Assembly (NCBI GenBank): GCA_001643675.2
Contig: LSRY02000027.1
Span: forward strand, 62,001 to 126,000
Direction of reading: 5' to 3'
Origin: Monocercomonoides exilis PA203
Taxonomy: Eukaryota; Protista; Preaxostyla
Length of the DNA stretch: 64,000 bases
The notes under the pieces were generated by a model. The model was not told where the DNA came from, did not search any database, and saw only the letters and a list, made by a program, of their open reading frames with translations. Shown in pieces: positions 1 through 13,941 of the stretch (position 1 is the first letter of the stretch; each line of letters opens with the position of its first letter). The position numbers were made by a program, and so were the translations under genes.

Positions 1-2194
1 GAGAAAAAGGTGGATTCAAAGAATGATGGTTTGTCTTCAGGTGATTGTGAAGATAACTCAAATGGCTGACCTGAAATGAACTCTGAGAATCTGTCAAAAA
101 TCAGCTGCTTGTCGCTTTCGTTGAAGAGAGGCATCGAAAAGACAGCTGATTGGTGTGCTGATGCGACGTGTGTGTTTGGCTGGTGTGTTTGGCTGCTTTC
201 GTCGTCAGCAAAAGAACTCGGCGGAATGATCCATTTCATTGGCAATGTTTGATCGGCTGCTGTGTCTTCTGCACTTTCTTTTTGTGTGTTTGCCTTCGAG
301 CGATGGAAGCATTCCTCATTCATCAGCTCCTTCAGCGCTGAAAACTCGACTTTCTTTCTGATCATCGGCAGCTCTGAATTACCTCCGTGCAGAAAAAGAG
401 ACGACAACGGTGCTTCAGCATCTTTGATGAGTCTGTATTCAATAGACGGATGGGATGACTCATCTTCTGTGTTCTCCGTCTCATCATCGTCTCCATCGTC
501 TTTATCTTCTTCGTCGTCTTCCTTTGAAGATTCTTTGTGTTTTTCTTTTTCCTTCTTCTTTTCCTTTTCTTTCGCTGCTTTGCTCGATTTGTTCGATTTT
601 GCTTCTTTTGCCTGTTCGCTCTTCTTTGTTCCCTTCTCATCGGAAAGTGCTTCTCCAAAGTCAGCACTGCAGATTTCCTGCAGAAGATGGATCCATCTTA
701 GAAAATGCTCCAAATGTAGCTGCTTTCTGAAGAGTGGCTGGATGTGGTGTGTCCACTGCACACCTGTTTTATTGCTCGATTCACTCGGCGCATTCACACT
801 AAAATCAGACAGGCGACGTGAAGGATTGCTGGTTGTGTTCTGCATCCCATCCAAATCAAACAGCAAAGTGTCCTTTGAGACAGAAGTGCTGACTTCATCG
901 TCGTCTTCTTTGAGATGCTTTTGCATTGTGTTTGAGGCTGTGGTTGTTGCAGAAGCTGATTATAGACATATGACATTGAAGCAATCAAGTTTGATTTCAG
1001 ATTAAACGTTGGTCATAGAAAAAAAAGGTGATCATCCAAATTCGGTTTTATAAAAAAAAGAATTTCAAAGTTGAAAAGAAAAAACGATGAACAAAAAATA
1101 ATTTTTAATCATGACGAGTCAAACTTATTTTTTCGTTCGCTTTTTGCAATTCTTTGACTTTAGCCAGAGAAATGAACGGTTTGTTGCGCAATTGCGTTTG
1201 AGATAAATCCATAATTGATCCATCGGTTAGCTTAGCTTTATATTTACATTTAAGCAATAGAGTATCGTGACGCTGAACAGAAACGTTCATTAAAGATAAC
1301 GTAATAACTTCGAGTATGTAAAGATCTAAATAGAGTTAAATATGACATCATTTTGTTTTTGTTGAAAAAATAAAAATAAAAATAAAGTTCATTTTACAAA
1401 ATGGATTCATAGCAAACATCTGTGGACCGTTTCAAACTGCTGTTTCAAATTTACTGTTGGCACAAAAGATTGAAAAATGGTGTTCATCTGTTTAAAAAAT
1501 TTAAATTGTCATGCTAAAGGATAAATTTCAAAATAAATCAAAACCTCGTCAGCAGACAACAAAAATGGTGTCAAATAGAACTTAGCAATGTACTGAGGAT
1601 TGTATTGCAATTTTTTAATGTGCAAGTCCAAGATATAACAGCAAATCTCATTGATCTAAGAGCAAAACCTTTAGAAATATAAAGTATTAAAGCAAATCAA
1701 ACTGGATAAAAATCCATTTTTGTGTCCATTTTAAATTTCATCGTTTTCATTTTAATATTTGACATATCAATGAAGGCATAATAACTTATTGAAGAAATTT
1801 TTGAAGCGTAAGAAGTACTCTCTTTTAGATGGTAAGCATGTATCGTTGTTGTTGCAGATACACATGGCAACCAAAAGCGCAATAAGTCAATTTAAATAAT
1901 TTATTAAACAATGAATAAAAAAAGATATTGCACACCACTAAAAGAAGATGCCTTTTTCAAAACAACATCAATTCCATAGTGTCTAACTTCATCGACACAA
2001 AATTTACAATATTTAATAAGTTTTGATGAAAGTTTTCCAGTCATAATTATGTGTAACTTAGGCCTTAAAACTGAAAAAAGCGGTGAATAAAGAAAAGCTG
2101 GCCATAACAAATGAGTTATCTCTTCGGCGAGTTTTTCTGGTTTAACTAAATTAAAACAATTCGATTCGCTTAACAAGTTATATTCTTTTTCCAT
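1..2194 (-). CDS. Multi-exon hypothetical protein, runs off the window start; N-terminus has a weak CENP-L/Fta1-like motif
   Basis: ORF pieces 1904-2194, 1697-1882 and 1105-1290 are separated by AT-rich introns. A long open minus frame runs from ~960 to 1 (..HIQPLFRKQLHLEHFLRWIHLLQEIC..). N-terminal WPAFLYSPLF motif. Confidence 0.55.
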
Positions 2195-2401
2195 CCGATA
2201 ATGTAAAATTAAAAGCTAGTTCAATTCTATTATTTTTGTTGATCAAAAAAATACGAAAAAAACATATTTATTAAATGTATGCTAGCCACTGCTTATTATC
2301 ATCACATTTGAACAATATATCAAAAAAAGATCATTTAGTACATAAAGAGTAAATCTTTTGATTCAAATTTGTAAAATATTTAATTTATTACCCGAAGAAA
2401 A

Positions 2402-3756
2402 ATGTCTTTGCAAACATTTAAAAAATCACCTGAAATCAAACTTATTACTGCAAAAGTAAACAATGTTGACACACCATTTAAACTTCAGGAGACTCCGTGG
2501 GGTTGGGGACTTAAGTTTGAATAGATGTTATTTATTTCTTAAATGATAAGAATAATTTGTTTCTAACAACAGGGTCATGAAACACTACAAAAAAGGAGAT
2601 CTTGTCTGTCATTATCAAGGTGAAATATTGAACATGAAGGAGTACAGAAGACGATTTGAAGAGAAAATTCGAACGGGCAATCTTGTCTTTTCATATGTCC
2701 AAATGTCAAAAACAAAAAGTTTCTATCTTAGTAATTAATATTGACAACGTTTTGTTTTGCTTTTTGCAATCCAGTTTTAGATCCAGACTATTCTGATGAA
2801 AATATTGGTAAATATGCAAATGCGGCTTGTCGCGAACTGGGGGAAAAAAATAACTGTTATGTTTGTTGAGATAAATCTTGTTATTGGTATAATAAATATT
2901 TCAATTTTTCACCCCTCAGTACGCAAGAGATCTTCAAAGAAATAAAGTCAATATCAAAGCCATTACAAACTTAAAGCCGAAGTTTGCGAACAATACAATG
3001 TTTCATAAATATGTTTCATAATTATTTTTTAGTGATTGGGTGCTTTGCGCGTATGGTACTGCCTTTTCTGGGCGTCTTAGGAAGTTAAGGGAAACTTTAA
3101 CAATGAACGAGGAATGTGTCGAATGTTCCTCTTTGGATAGCAAAGTTAATATAATTGAAAGTCCTGTTGAATTATCTGAAGAACCATCAGAAAAGATTAA
3201 TCCAAAGGCAGCACTTAGATCTATTAAAAAGCAGAGATTGGAAACCAAACGGAGACTTAATCAAAGAAGAATTTGTGGAGACGAAGATCATCTATTTGAA
3301 GAAAATAAACCACAAATTGCTACGAATCTCCCGCTATCTCCTTCAATAAAGCATTCACAACCTCTTTCATCGTCTACTTCGCTTTCCACTTCACCAACCA
3401 GAACTCAAGATTCTCTTCTCATTTCAACTCGTCCTGGAGCTGATCCATTGGTCACGAAAGAGGATCATCCTGATCTCCTTAAAAGTCCTCCTGTTTATCG
3501 AAGATGCGGACTGTGCTTGCCGACTGTGACTGTGTCCAGTAAATGCAAAGATGATAATATCCCTCTGAAAACGTCATCAACAAAATCAGAGCCATTAGAT
3601 TTATCTTCCTCTTCCTCTTTCACTTCATCCGCTTTGCTCACATCACCTTCGTTTCCCCTTGGATCTCAGCCTAAATGTGATAATGATCCAGATTTATGTG
3701 AATCTGATCTCTTTCAAGGAGCCCGCTTGAAGAGAACTGTTGCTGTTAAGGGATGA
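2402..3756 (+). CDS. SET-domain protein (putative lysine methyltransferase), about 5 exons, Ser-rich C-terminus
   Basis: Spliced translation: MSLQTF..TPWGWGL / VMKHYKKGDLVCHYQGEIL / LDPDYSDENIGKYANAAC / NIKAITNLKP / DWVLCAYG. These match the SET motifs GWGL, YxGE, RFxNHSC and ELxYDY in order. Confidence 0.75.
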
Positions 3757-4358
3757 AGCATCTTCGACATTTTTTTAATGTTATTGATTGTGTTATTATA
3801 TTTTTTAAATAAGTATTTTGATTTGAGAACGACTGGTTCATTTTTATTTTCGATTTTTAATGTTTTATTTATTTTTGATCTTTTTGTTCGCAAATTCAAT
3901 TGAGAAATTTTCAAATATTTATTGCTGGAAATTGAATTTGATCAACTGCTCAAATTGGTTATTATCATGTCAGTTTTTATCAAAATCTGAATAATTACAA
4001 GATTATGTATGCAATTATTAAACGGAAGCTTTTCTGTTATTTATTGTTTGTGAAAATCTGAAAAAATGAAAAAATTACAATTAACTCTCAAAATCAATTT
4101 CTCACACAAATAGGCAAGCAATCAAAAAATTACTATTTTAATTTGAAAAAAAAATCTAATTTATCAAATAAAAATAAAAATAAAAATAAAAAAGTTTAAA
4201 AAATATAATTAATTAAAAATATAAAATAAAATTAAATACATAAGTTTCGATAATGAAATAATCTTTTTCGAACATGGAAAAGACGAAAACTTCAAATTTG
4301 GTTTTTTTGAAAAAGATATTGAAAACACTCGTTGTTAACGGAAGAAATCAGTCAATTA

Positions 4359-4533
4359 GTGTCAACTTTTAAATAGGACTTTTTCCCATATTGGCACTTT
4401 CATGTTTTTGACTGCCAACTTTCAACAAATGTTGATTGGCTTTTTTTACTTTTATACAACGTTTTAACAAATTTCTTACAATTCATTTCAAGTTTGCTTT
4501 ATTATTTTAGTTTGTTTCTCGCTGAGTTACCGC

Positions 4534-4575
<42 letters not shown>

Positions 4576-5660
4576 TATTTTTAAAATTCACTTTTCTCAG
4601 CGAACCAGGCAGCTCACAAGAAATTGATGAGTTGTTTTGAATAGCATAAACTATAATCAAACTATTTTTACGTACTTTTTTTTCACAAACACTTTTTTCT
4701 TGTTTTTTTTTCACATTTCATTTTTTTAACAACATGCAAACATAAACCCGATTATTTCTTTGTTAATATGGGACGATTTTTTTCGCTTTATGAATATTGT
4801 TCCATTCGATATTCTCTACATATTTTTTTCAATTTTTGAATTTTTCTGTAATTTTTTGAATTGTTTTGGTTGATTTATAATGAAAATATTGATGAAAAAG
4901 TTTGGAACAAATCTCAGTTTTTTTCTCAATATCAAAAAAATTTGCCCCATATAATGAAATGATAAAAATAAAAATATTATATGTGTGTTTATTTTTGAAA
5001 TCATAACTTTTTTCGGTTTATTGATTTTCCAAAGGTTATTGGACAATGGGGAGAGATTTTGAAAACAAATGTCGAATTTATCGCAACTGTTTAAAAAACA
5101 AATATGAGAGCTGAAATAAAGACGATTATCTCTTGAATATGCCTGTTCTCTTTTCAGTGTTAATTTCCAAACATTCAAGGATAATTTTCCAATTGAAAAT
5201 AATGGAAGAAAAAAATATTTTTTTTAAAAATAATCTCCCATATGAAAAACAAATACTCCTATAATGAAGTATTGTTAAAATGAAACATTAAAATTTTCTA
5301 TTTGTCAAGAATATAACTTTGTCACAAAAAACGATCAAAGATTTATTTTTGTTGGTGCCATTTGTCCGTAAAAATACAAATGGAAAATATTAATGTTTAA
5401 TTTTGCAATTCTTCACTATTAGACTGTTTGTTTTTCATATAAATTTTTTATTTTTATCATTTCATTATATTAACAAAAAAATAATCGGGTTTATGTTTGC
5501 ATGTTGTTAAAAAAATGAAATGTGAAAAAAAAACAAGAAAAAAGTGTTTGTGAAAAAAAAGTACGTAAAAATAGTTTGATTATAGTTTATGCTATTCAAA
5601 ACAACTCATCAATTTCTTGTGAGCTGCCTGGTTCGCTGAGAAAAGTGAATTTTAAAAATA

Positions 5661-5703
<43 letters not shown>

Positions 5704-5878
5704 GCGGTAACTCAGCGAGAAACAAACTAAAATAATAAAGCAAACTTGAAATGAATTGTAAGAAATTTGTTAAAACGTTGTATAAAAGTAAAAAAAGCCA
5801 ATCAACATTTGTTGAAAGTTGGCAGTCAAAAACATGAAAGTGCCAATATGGGAAAAAGTCCTATTTAAAAGTTGACCC
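4359..5878. mobile_element. Foldback-like non-autonomous element with ~410-bp terminal inverted repeats and a ~700-bp non-coding spacer
   Basis: 4359-4769 is the near-perfect reverse complement of 5467-5878. The arms contain T40 (4535-4574) and A41 (5662-5702). TA lies immediately outside both ends. Confidence 0.8.
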
Positions 5879-6346
5879 TAATAATTATCATCTTTGTTTC
5901 TTATTCCTTCAAATGAGATTGCAATTTTAACGAATTATTATAAAATTAAGTGCATTTATAGAAATATCATAAACAATTTCAGGTTTCATATTTTGAATAT
6001 TTGCTATAACATAAAATACGAAAAAGAAATATTATTTTAAAATACTAAAAAAAAAATATCAAATAAAAATTGTAAAGATATATATATTTCATTCTTCCAG
6101 ATGATTTTGCTTCTAAATTCATTTCAAATGATTCTCCATAATAATGCAAAGAATTTGCCATTACATCGAAAATAATTGATTATTCGCATTAATCCAAGAT
6201 GTTAACAGTTGATGAACAGATCTTCCTCAAAATTGTCATTCAAACTTATTTCAATCTAATTCAAAAGAAGATTCAAGGATGCATACATTTCGTCAAAAAC
6301 TATATAATAGTAACAATGTTTATGATTATGCTTCAATTATGATATT

Positions 6347-9007
6347 TCATCTTTTTTTCTTTTGTTCCTTTGTTTTACCTTTTGAAGAAGATGAATACTT
6401 CTTTTCTTTTTTAGCAATTGCTACCCCGAGCTTGTCTTTTTCCACAAGAAGAGCAGCAATAAGGCGGCACAACTCGATGTTATCCTTTTCTAATTGGATT
6501 CTTTGGTCCTTCGGAGACAACTTAGCAACAGTTGATGGCTAAAAAAACAAATAAGAGAAATGTTTATTCATTCCATCAAAGATTTGAATTTAACCATCAA
6601 TCAAGAAATGAGTAAAAATTTGAATGAATAATTTAGTAAATGAAGATACAAACCAATTCAAGAATTAAATGCAGAATGGAATTTTGTTCATCCTCAGAAG
6701 TCGTTGGCTGAATGCTTTTGGCATCATTATTCGAAACATCATTTTTAGTTGTTTTATTTTCTATTAATTCTCCTTCAACTTGTTCGCTCATCTTCTCCTT
6801 CTCTTCGAAGTTCTTCACTTTCTCAACATCTGATGCAAATTTTTGTGTAAGTCTGTCTTTTTCTTCCTGCGTCATATCTTCCTTCGCTGAATGTCTCAGC
6901 TTTCTTATAAGCTTCTCGTATTTCTCAATTGGGAACGGCTCTTTAAAGCGACCATCTTTTCCTGATTCTTTTTCTTTCTTCTTTTTCTCTTTTTTCCCAT
7001 TTTCCTTCGATATTTGTGGTGCGTCATGCTTAACAAATTCGTTTTCATCTGTCTGTGCAGAAAACAATGATTTCTTTGAAGATGCAGTTAGAGGCACATC
7101 CATCGACTCATCTAAAAGTCTCTCAAACTCTGCGTCTGCTATTGAAGGGACAGCTGCAACTGCACCTGGAAAAGTCGAGAATTGTGTCGTTGATCCACTT
7201 GGCGTCAGGGCAGCAAGCGAAGACACAGAGGGCGCACGCGAATTGAAAGGCGACGGAGAGCGAGAGACAGAAAACCAGTCGCCTTCTGTCTGAACAGCCT
7301 TTTCAGAAAATTCTGGCAGATCTTGAATTGGAGAGTGCGTGTGATGAGGAGGCGGGGCAAGAATGTCATCTTTGTCTTGAAGAAGCAGGTCAGTTGTTGA
7401 TGACTTATTGTCCAGAAATGACCGTTCTGAACCTGTTCCCAGTGCAGCTGTTGTCAGGCCTGATGTGTTGGATGTTGCTGGTCGAGCACTTTCATCTGTC
7501 TCTTTTTTGTCTTCTCCATTTGCTTTCTCTTCTTCAATTCGCGTTTGCTGAATAATTATACAGATTTTTAATATTAAATGGATGCATTTGTGAAAACGAG
7601 AATTGTTATTTTAAAAAAAAATGGAAGCAAAACAAACCTCTTCTGATCGCTTTCTTAATATTTGGATTTTCCTTCTGAGCTCAAAAATTATATCATCTTT
7701 CTTCCATTCTTCCTCTTCCATTTTTGTCATCAACTTTTTTCTTTCCACAACCTGTTTTTTGATTTCCTCTTCTTCCTTCAATCTTTCTCTTTCTTTTTGC
7801 TTTTCTTTTTCTTTCTGTTTGGCTGCCTCAAACTCTGCTTCCCAATCCCTCTGGACCGACTTCTCCTGCAGCGCTGCCATTTGAGCAACAGCCATTTGAT
7901 CAAAAAAGCGTCCAGGTGATGCTCTGCTCGACGTCAGAGGCTGCCTTGCTGAGCCAATCGCTTTGTCTCGTTCCGTGTTCGAAGACAACGACATCAAAGA
8001 TGCTTGAGACTGACGCGATGTGAGTGTACCAAACGATGCAGTGGTGCCCATAAGCTGATTTGATGATGTCGAAGATAGCTTTGAGTGACCGCGTATTAGC
8101 GAACGTGTAGAGCTCATTGGAGTTCTGTGCTGGGAAATTAATGACGGAACTTGAGAGGATGCTTGAGGTGAAACACCGTTTCTTTCCGTAACAGAATTTA
8201 TCACAGAAGTTCCCGTTGCTGAAGGTGGCATAACACCAAACTTCTCAAAATATCGCTGATTAGCTAATTTTTCTTTCACTTTTCGTTGTGCTGCTTCACA
8301 ATCACGAAGATGAACTCGAGCATCAGTGAGAGCTGATTTCAATAGTGTTGCACGAGAATAAAGTGCAGTAAGCTCCCTAAAATCTCATAACTTAAATAAA
8401 CAAAAACATTCAACAATCAACCTTATTGTAGTCTGTTCTTCTTCACTCATTGCATCCTTTTCAGATTCAGCTCTTTGAATTGATTCTTGAATTGCTATAT
8501 TCGAATTTATAATTTAATGAAAACGTGAACGCTTAGATAAACAAACGACACTTCATACATTTTATAGCCTCTTCGGTCTTCTTCCATTCTGACCAAGCAT
8601 TCTGCCTCATTTCTCCCAATTTCTTCAAAATAACATCAACATCAGCTTGTGACTCATCAACTGAATCCTTGACCAAATTTCTTCTTTCCTCATATAAAAG
8701 TGTTCTTGGTGAGTCAACGGAAAATTGTTGACTATAATGAGTAAGCCTGAGCATTATTTTTGGAAAAAAAAGTGTTTATCAATGATGCCAAAAAAAATAG
8801 GAAACCATCTTTCTACATCGTTAAGTACTTTTTGCTTTTCGGAAGCCACTAGCGAATCAACTAATGCAAGCGCTCTTCTGCGTGCATTGTCGATGGAACC
8901 AGGCTAAGCAATAAAAAAATATATTGTTTTCTTAGGAAAGAAAAGCACACCATTGAAGTGTCATATAACGAGTCATCTTCATCCATTAATTCTTCAGTAG
9001 ATGTCAT
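6347..9007 (-). CDS. Multi-exon coiled-coil / low-complexity hypothetical protein
   Basis: ATG at 9007 (MTSTEELMDEDD). Exons correspond to ORFs 8533-8754, 7611-8342 and 6633-7226, with a last exon ending ..KEQKKKR-TGA at 6347. GT-AG introns. Confidence 0.6.
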
Positions 9008-9189
9008 TGCACTTTGCAAAAATATAACTCTATCAGAAATAAGTCAGTTTATTTTTTTTTAACTTCAGAGTTTTCTATCATATTATTATGGTTTATTTGT
9101 AACAATTTTTATATTTTTTGAGTACAGGGAGCGGAAAGATTTATATAAACGCTTAAATCTCGATATAAATTATTTGTTTTGTTTGTCAT

Positions 9190-11369
9190 ATGGCTCAAAC
9201 ATCTCGTACATCTATTGTGTTTGCGCAATAAATGATTTTTGAATTTTTCAAATTTCTTTTCATTTTCTCTTTTGAAATGCCTTTATCTCTGTTAGAACTG
9301 CTGAAACATATTCGTCAATATCAACTCCTCCCCCCTCTCCTCCTGCAACTCCACCATTTCACGAAATTCCAGAGCCTGAGTCAAAACGTGTATTTACATC
9401 TCCATTTAGAATGAAACAGCTATCAGAAAAAGAAGATCGAAAATTGAGCGGGAATAAAGATAGGGATTATCTTTCTATTGCAAAAAAGGATGATGAATTT
9501 CTCAGGAAAATTTCTAAACATAAAAAGGCAAAGATTCATTCTCGATCATTTTCTTTTTCTCCATCAAAGCAAACTGAATTTCATAAATATTGCCACGTTA
9601 GTCCCAAATATCTTTATACACCTCAACCACCTGAAAGGAAATCCAGCCACATTTGCCTCCGTTCGGATGGATTGATCCCCTGGATTCCAACTGGAAATGG
9701 GAAGAAAAAGGGGGTTAATGACGATTTGGCAGAACTTTCATTTGTGAGTGTCGATGATGGCTCTTCCTTCGAAGTTGAACGTCGCAGTAAAGAAAATAGA
9801 CGAAACAGAATTTCTTCAAGACTAGGTGCAACGCATTGTTCTTGGTGTCGAGAGATTGAAAATGAAGTGCGCGAAAATGAAACAGCTACAAAAGAGAGAG
9901 AAGAAGTGAAAAAGAAAGTAGCGATGATGAAAAGTCGTTTTCCTCCGGGATTTTTCGCAGAACGGGCTGCATTGAGAGTTCAACATCAAGCAATGCTTAA
10001 GCAACTAGCATTGAAGGAGGAAGCGAAGCGACTTGAATCACTTACAAGACAAAAAACGCAACTTATTAGAGAAAAAAGAGATGAGAAGCATTCGCAATCT
10101 TTTATAGTTGAAAACAGATGGAAGAAGAAAATGCGAGCAGAAGACAATAATCCATGCAGCTACTATGACTCTCTTGTACGTGACGATTTACCTGAAAGAA
10201 ATGCTTCCTATCACTTCTTAGAATTTCCAATGATTTGTACAGCAACAAACATGGAACAACGGAGCATTCCTTCAAGATGTTCAACCATCGATCATGATTA
10301 CCGCAGTTCCACACACCCATCACCATCAAATGTTCAAAGGGAAAACTCAAGCAACAATGAAAGAAATGTGAATCATGACGGATACCATCATTCAAAACAT
10401 CACCATTCCCATCATCCACATCATCGCCACCATCATTGTCATTGCCAACACCACCAACATTTGTCTGATTCCCGTTCCGAACAAGAGGGCAAGCCTTCAT
10501 TTGAAAAGAAAATGAGTCCAATGGCAGCAAAGCACATTTCCAATCAACATCATTCAATATCACCAGAACGTGTTTCTGGATCTCAACCACGGTCTCGTCC
10601 ACAAACGCAATCACAATCACAATCTCGTTCTCGTATTTATTCTCAATCACCTAACAGACATTCTCAGAAGGAGTCTGAGTCTCCTTCTATTTCTCCTCCA
10701 AGAGCTTCTCCAAAGCTGTCTGCACAAAGGAAAAGAAAAGGATTAAAATTGTCAAAAACAACAACGCAAAAGCCTGATTTACAGAAAAAGTCTGTTGTTC
10801 AAACTTCATATTCTAAAAATGAACAAACACAAAAAACACAAAATTGTGACTATGAATTGAAAGACAAAAGAATTGACATGGGTAATGTGAGAGGCGGAGA
10901 AGGGATATCGGCTGATATGATGGGAGGTGAAGGAACTAGAAGAGTTGTTCACATCACAGATAAAATGGTAATAAATCCAGAACTGCAGAAAACGAAAGAA
11001 GAAGAAGCAGAAAAGAAAAGAAATGCAACACAAGACGATCAATGGGCAGATGAATTTCCAGCAGCAGAAAACATTCTGTCTCCATCGTCTTTTCCTCCCA
11101 ATAGATTTTCGTCTGTTCCAACGTATTTATATGTCACAGCTCAGCCTCAATCGCATTCTCTTTCACCAGCTACTTCGATTACATTTGCATCTGAATCGCA
11201 AAATGGTTCCTCATCGTCATCTTCTTCATCTTTCCCTTCTTCTTCTTCTGCTTCCTCATCATCCTCTTCTTCTTCTTCTTCTTTTTCATCCTCTTCACAT
11301 CAATCTTCTGATCCATCTTCTTATTCTTCTTCATCCTCTTATACAACTCTACTCGCTTCATTGCTCTGA
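9190..11369 (+). CDS. Hypothetical low-complexity protein (coiled coil, His-rich and Ser-rich tracts)
   Basis: 652-aa ORF 9411-11369 stays open upstream to a likely acceptor near 9295. Probable short first exon from ATG 9190. Confidence 0.6.
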
Positions 11370-11618
11370 ATATCAAATATGAGAATATTTGTTGTGTTTT
11401 GCGTTTTGTTAGTGAACATTTCATTCTTCTAATTTTTGGAATTTTTTTTTAACATGTTCTTATCCAAGTTGAAGATTTGAAACCAAAAAATAAAAATGTC
11501 ATTCTTTTCTTTTGTTTGTTCCAGCAAATATGCAGCTCCGAAGATGGTTTGCAAAACAAAAATGAGTAATTCTAAATGTTGTTCGTTGTCATTTCATGAA
11601 TTAGAAATCAGAAATCTT

Positions 11619-13685
11619 TCATGACAACATCAGCACTTCGTCTTCATCTTCATCTTCTTCATTCTCTTCGTTCTCTTCGTTCTCTTCGTCTGAGGTCACC
11701 TTCATCATCTCTGCAGAATCTTCATTATGATTTTCACTTTCATTGTCTTCGCTTTCGTCTGCCACTTCGTGTGATCGAAAGAACTGCACCAATCTATTTC
11801 CAACTTTCTGTCCGATGGATCTGCCATTCGAAAGCTTGATGCTGGTGAATACATCCAAAATATCTTTCTCTGGAGGGCACTCAACAACAGCACGAGAAAG
11901 AGAAAGAGGCGTTTTGTATAGAGACGCAATGTCTTCCGCGGCATATGAAGAGACTCCAGGAAAATGAGCAAGCATCCTCTTCCACACATCTGAAACTGTC
12001 TGTGCGCTTTTCTTCTTGTTCATTCGCTGAAACTGAGCAAAAGTGAACAGAGAATGTCCATCTGCTGTCTGCTTGCGGCGGAGCGAGGCTGGAGAATATG
12101 CTCCTCCGTCTTCGACGCTCCGAGCAAGTGTCTTTGTCAGCTCTGCCAGATACTTCACTGAGTCATCATTATGCAAGGTTGTGTGAACGATGAAGCGGTT
12201 GACAACTTGAAGGTTTCTTAAGGCATCGTTAACTGTTTTTGGAGAGTAGAAGCCTCGATGCGACAAGTGATGGCCAAAACGCTTCTGCCCAAAGGGAAGC
12301 CAAGGCATTCGCATCGGCTGAGTTTGAGAGGAAGAAATAGACTCAGACGAAGATGCAGCTGAGGATTTCACTTCGCCTTCGACCAAGTAGATGACAGTGT
12401 CGCAGCCACAATTAGAGAGGCGATGCTTCTGCTCATCAAATCTGGTGTCGACGATACTGTTCAGCAGATCGTTGACTGTCTTCCGCTCCACAATGCAGCT
12501 CAGCACAAGTTCTGTTTCCTCATCCCAGTCTGAACCATCTTCGTTCCGAGCAATCCACAAAAAGTCACCAATGTTGATTGCCCGCCGGAGTGTGCGAACG
12601 CCATTCAATCGAAGCTCATCTTGAAATGCCTTTAAAGAAGAAGTGAAAAAAACATAAAAATATTAATTTCATATATGAAGACAAACTGTCGTCTCTTCGT
12701 CGTATCTCTTTTCTCTGCTGTCCACAACCAAATAAATGGTGTATTCTCCTATTTTCAACGGTGCTACATCTTTGTTTCGCTCCATGTCCTCTGTTCTTTT
12801 CTGTGCTTCCATTAAATATGCTAACGAAGGAAATTTGATTTTTTCTGTTGGTGCTTTCAAAGATATTGCATTCCTTTTTTCAACATTTTGCTTTTTAATT
12901 TTAATTTTTCTTTCAGCATTTCCTTTTTCTTTCGTCTTTTTAACTCTTATACTTTTCGATCTGGTTGAAGATGAAATATCTTTGGTATTTTCAAGTTGAG
13001 TCGATCTCAGTTCATTCTCAATTTCCATTTCAGCTTCAATTTGCAACCGAAAAATTAATGAAGACGCAGAATCCGCTTCGTCCTCACACTCTTTATCGCT
13101 GACATCTGTATTATCCTGTATTTCCAAATGATCAGGCTCTGAAAAAGTGTCTGACTCTTCAGCATCTTCATCCAACAAAATAGGCGAAGTTACTGGTGAA
13201 GATTTTATTTCTGCCGCATTCTTTTGGGCTTCGAAATCCAAAATTTTAGGACGTTTCCTATCTTTTGGATTTATATCATCTTCATCCAAAGAACAATTAC
13301 ATTGATGATCAATTGAATAGAATCTATGAGTCTCTTTCGTAAGGTCAATCTGTGGACTTGTCAAATCAATAACATCTACATCATTAGAAAATGGAGAGTC
13401 ATTTCCCAAATCAGTTTGAAACGAATCATCATTTTTCCGTGATTCATCTTCATTTTCAAAATATTTGTTATCAACAACGATATGCTGGGCAGCTTCCTCC
13501 GTAAGCCATTTGGAATTTTCCAATTGCAAGTCTGTTATTGAATCTTTTTCGTGAGAAGAAAACCAACCAATTTTGTATAACACTTCTCCTGTTGTTTCAG
13601 AAAAATTCACATCAGCTTCATCAATGCATTTTGTTGGCTTTCCATCGGAAACAAATAAGCATACGTGAATTCTTCTTTCGGTCAT
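11619..13685 (-). CDS. MUS81: Crossover junction endonuclease MUS81 (ERCC4 nuclease domain + C-terminal HhH)
   Basis: LVVDSREK, GDFLW, IVERKTVNDLLNSIVDTRFDEQKHRL, IYLVEG and the HhH segment FPGVSSYAAEDIASLYKTPLSL. One intron at ~12631-12686. Confidence 0.88.
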
Positions 13686-13941
13686 TTTAAAAGCTTCAAA
13701 CAAAATAAAAACTACATAAACAAAAAAAGAGAAACTGATCTGTCACTTAACAAAAATTTTAATAAAGCAAATACAATAATCTCGATGAAACAAAACTCAA
13801 AACATAATAAAACATATTCACAAAATAATACTGAAAAAATCTCAATTAATTCGGTGCAAAAATAATAAAATTCCTCACAATTTCATCAAATTTCAGCTTT
13901 TTTTAAAAATTTATAATCTTCTAACTCAGATATCCAAATTT

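Noticed and set aside
262-1005. Long antisense ORFs (e.g. 262-1005, 6712-7293, 30142-30774, 46160-46813)
   Set aside because: Shadow frames opposite real coding exons.
4502-5710. Twin poly-Lys ORFs at 4502-4714 and 5522-5710
   Set aside because: They are translations of the poly(A) tract in the inverted-repeat arms and start at GTG. Not credible genes.
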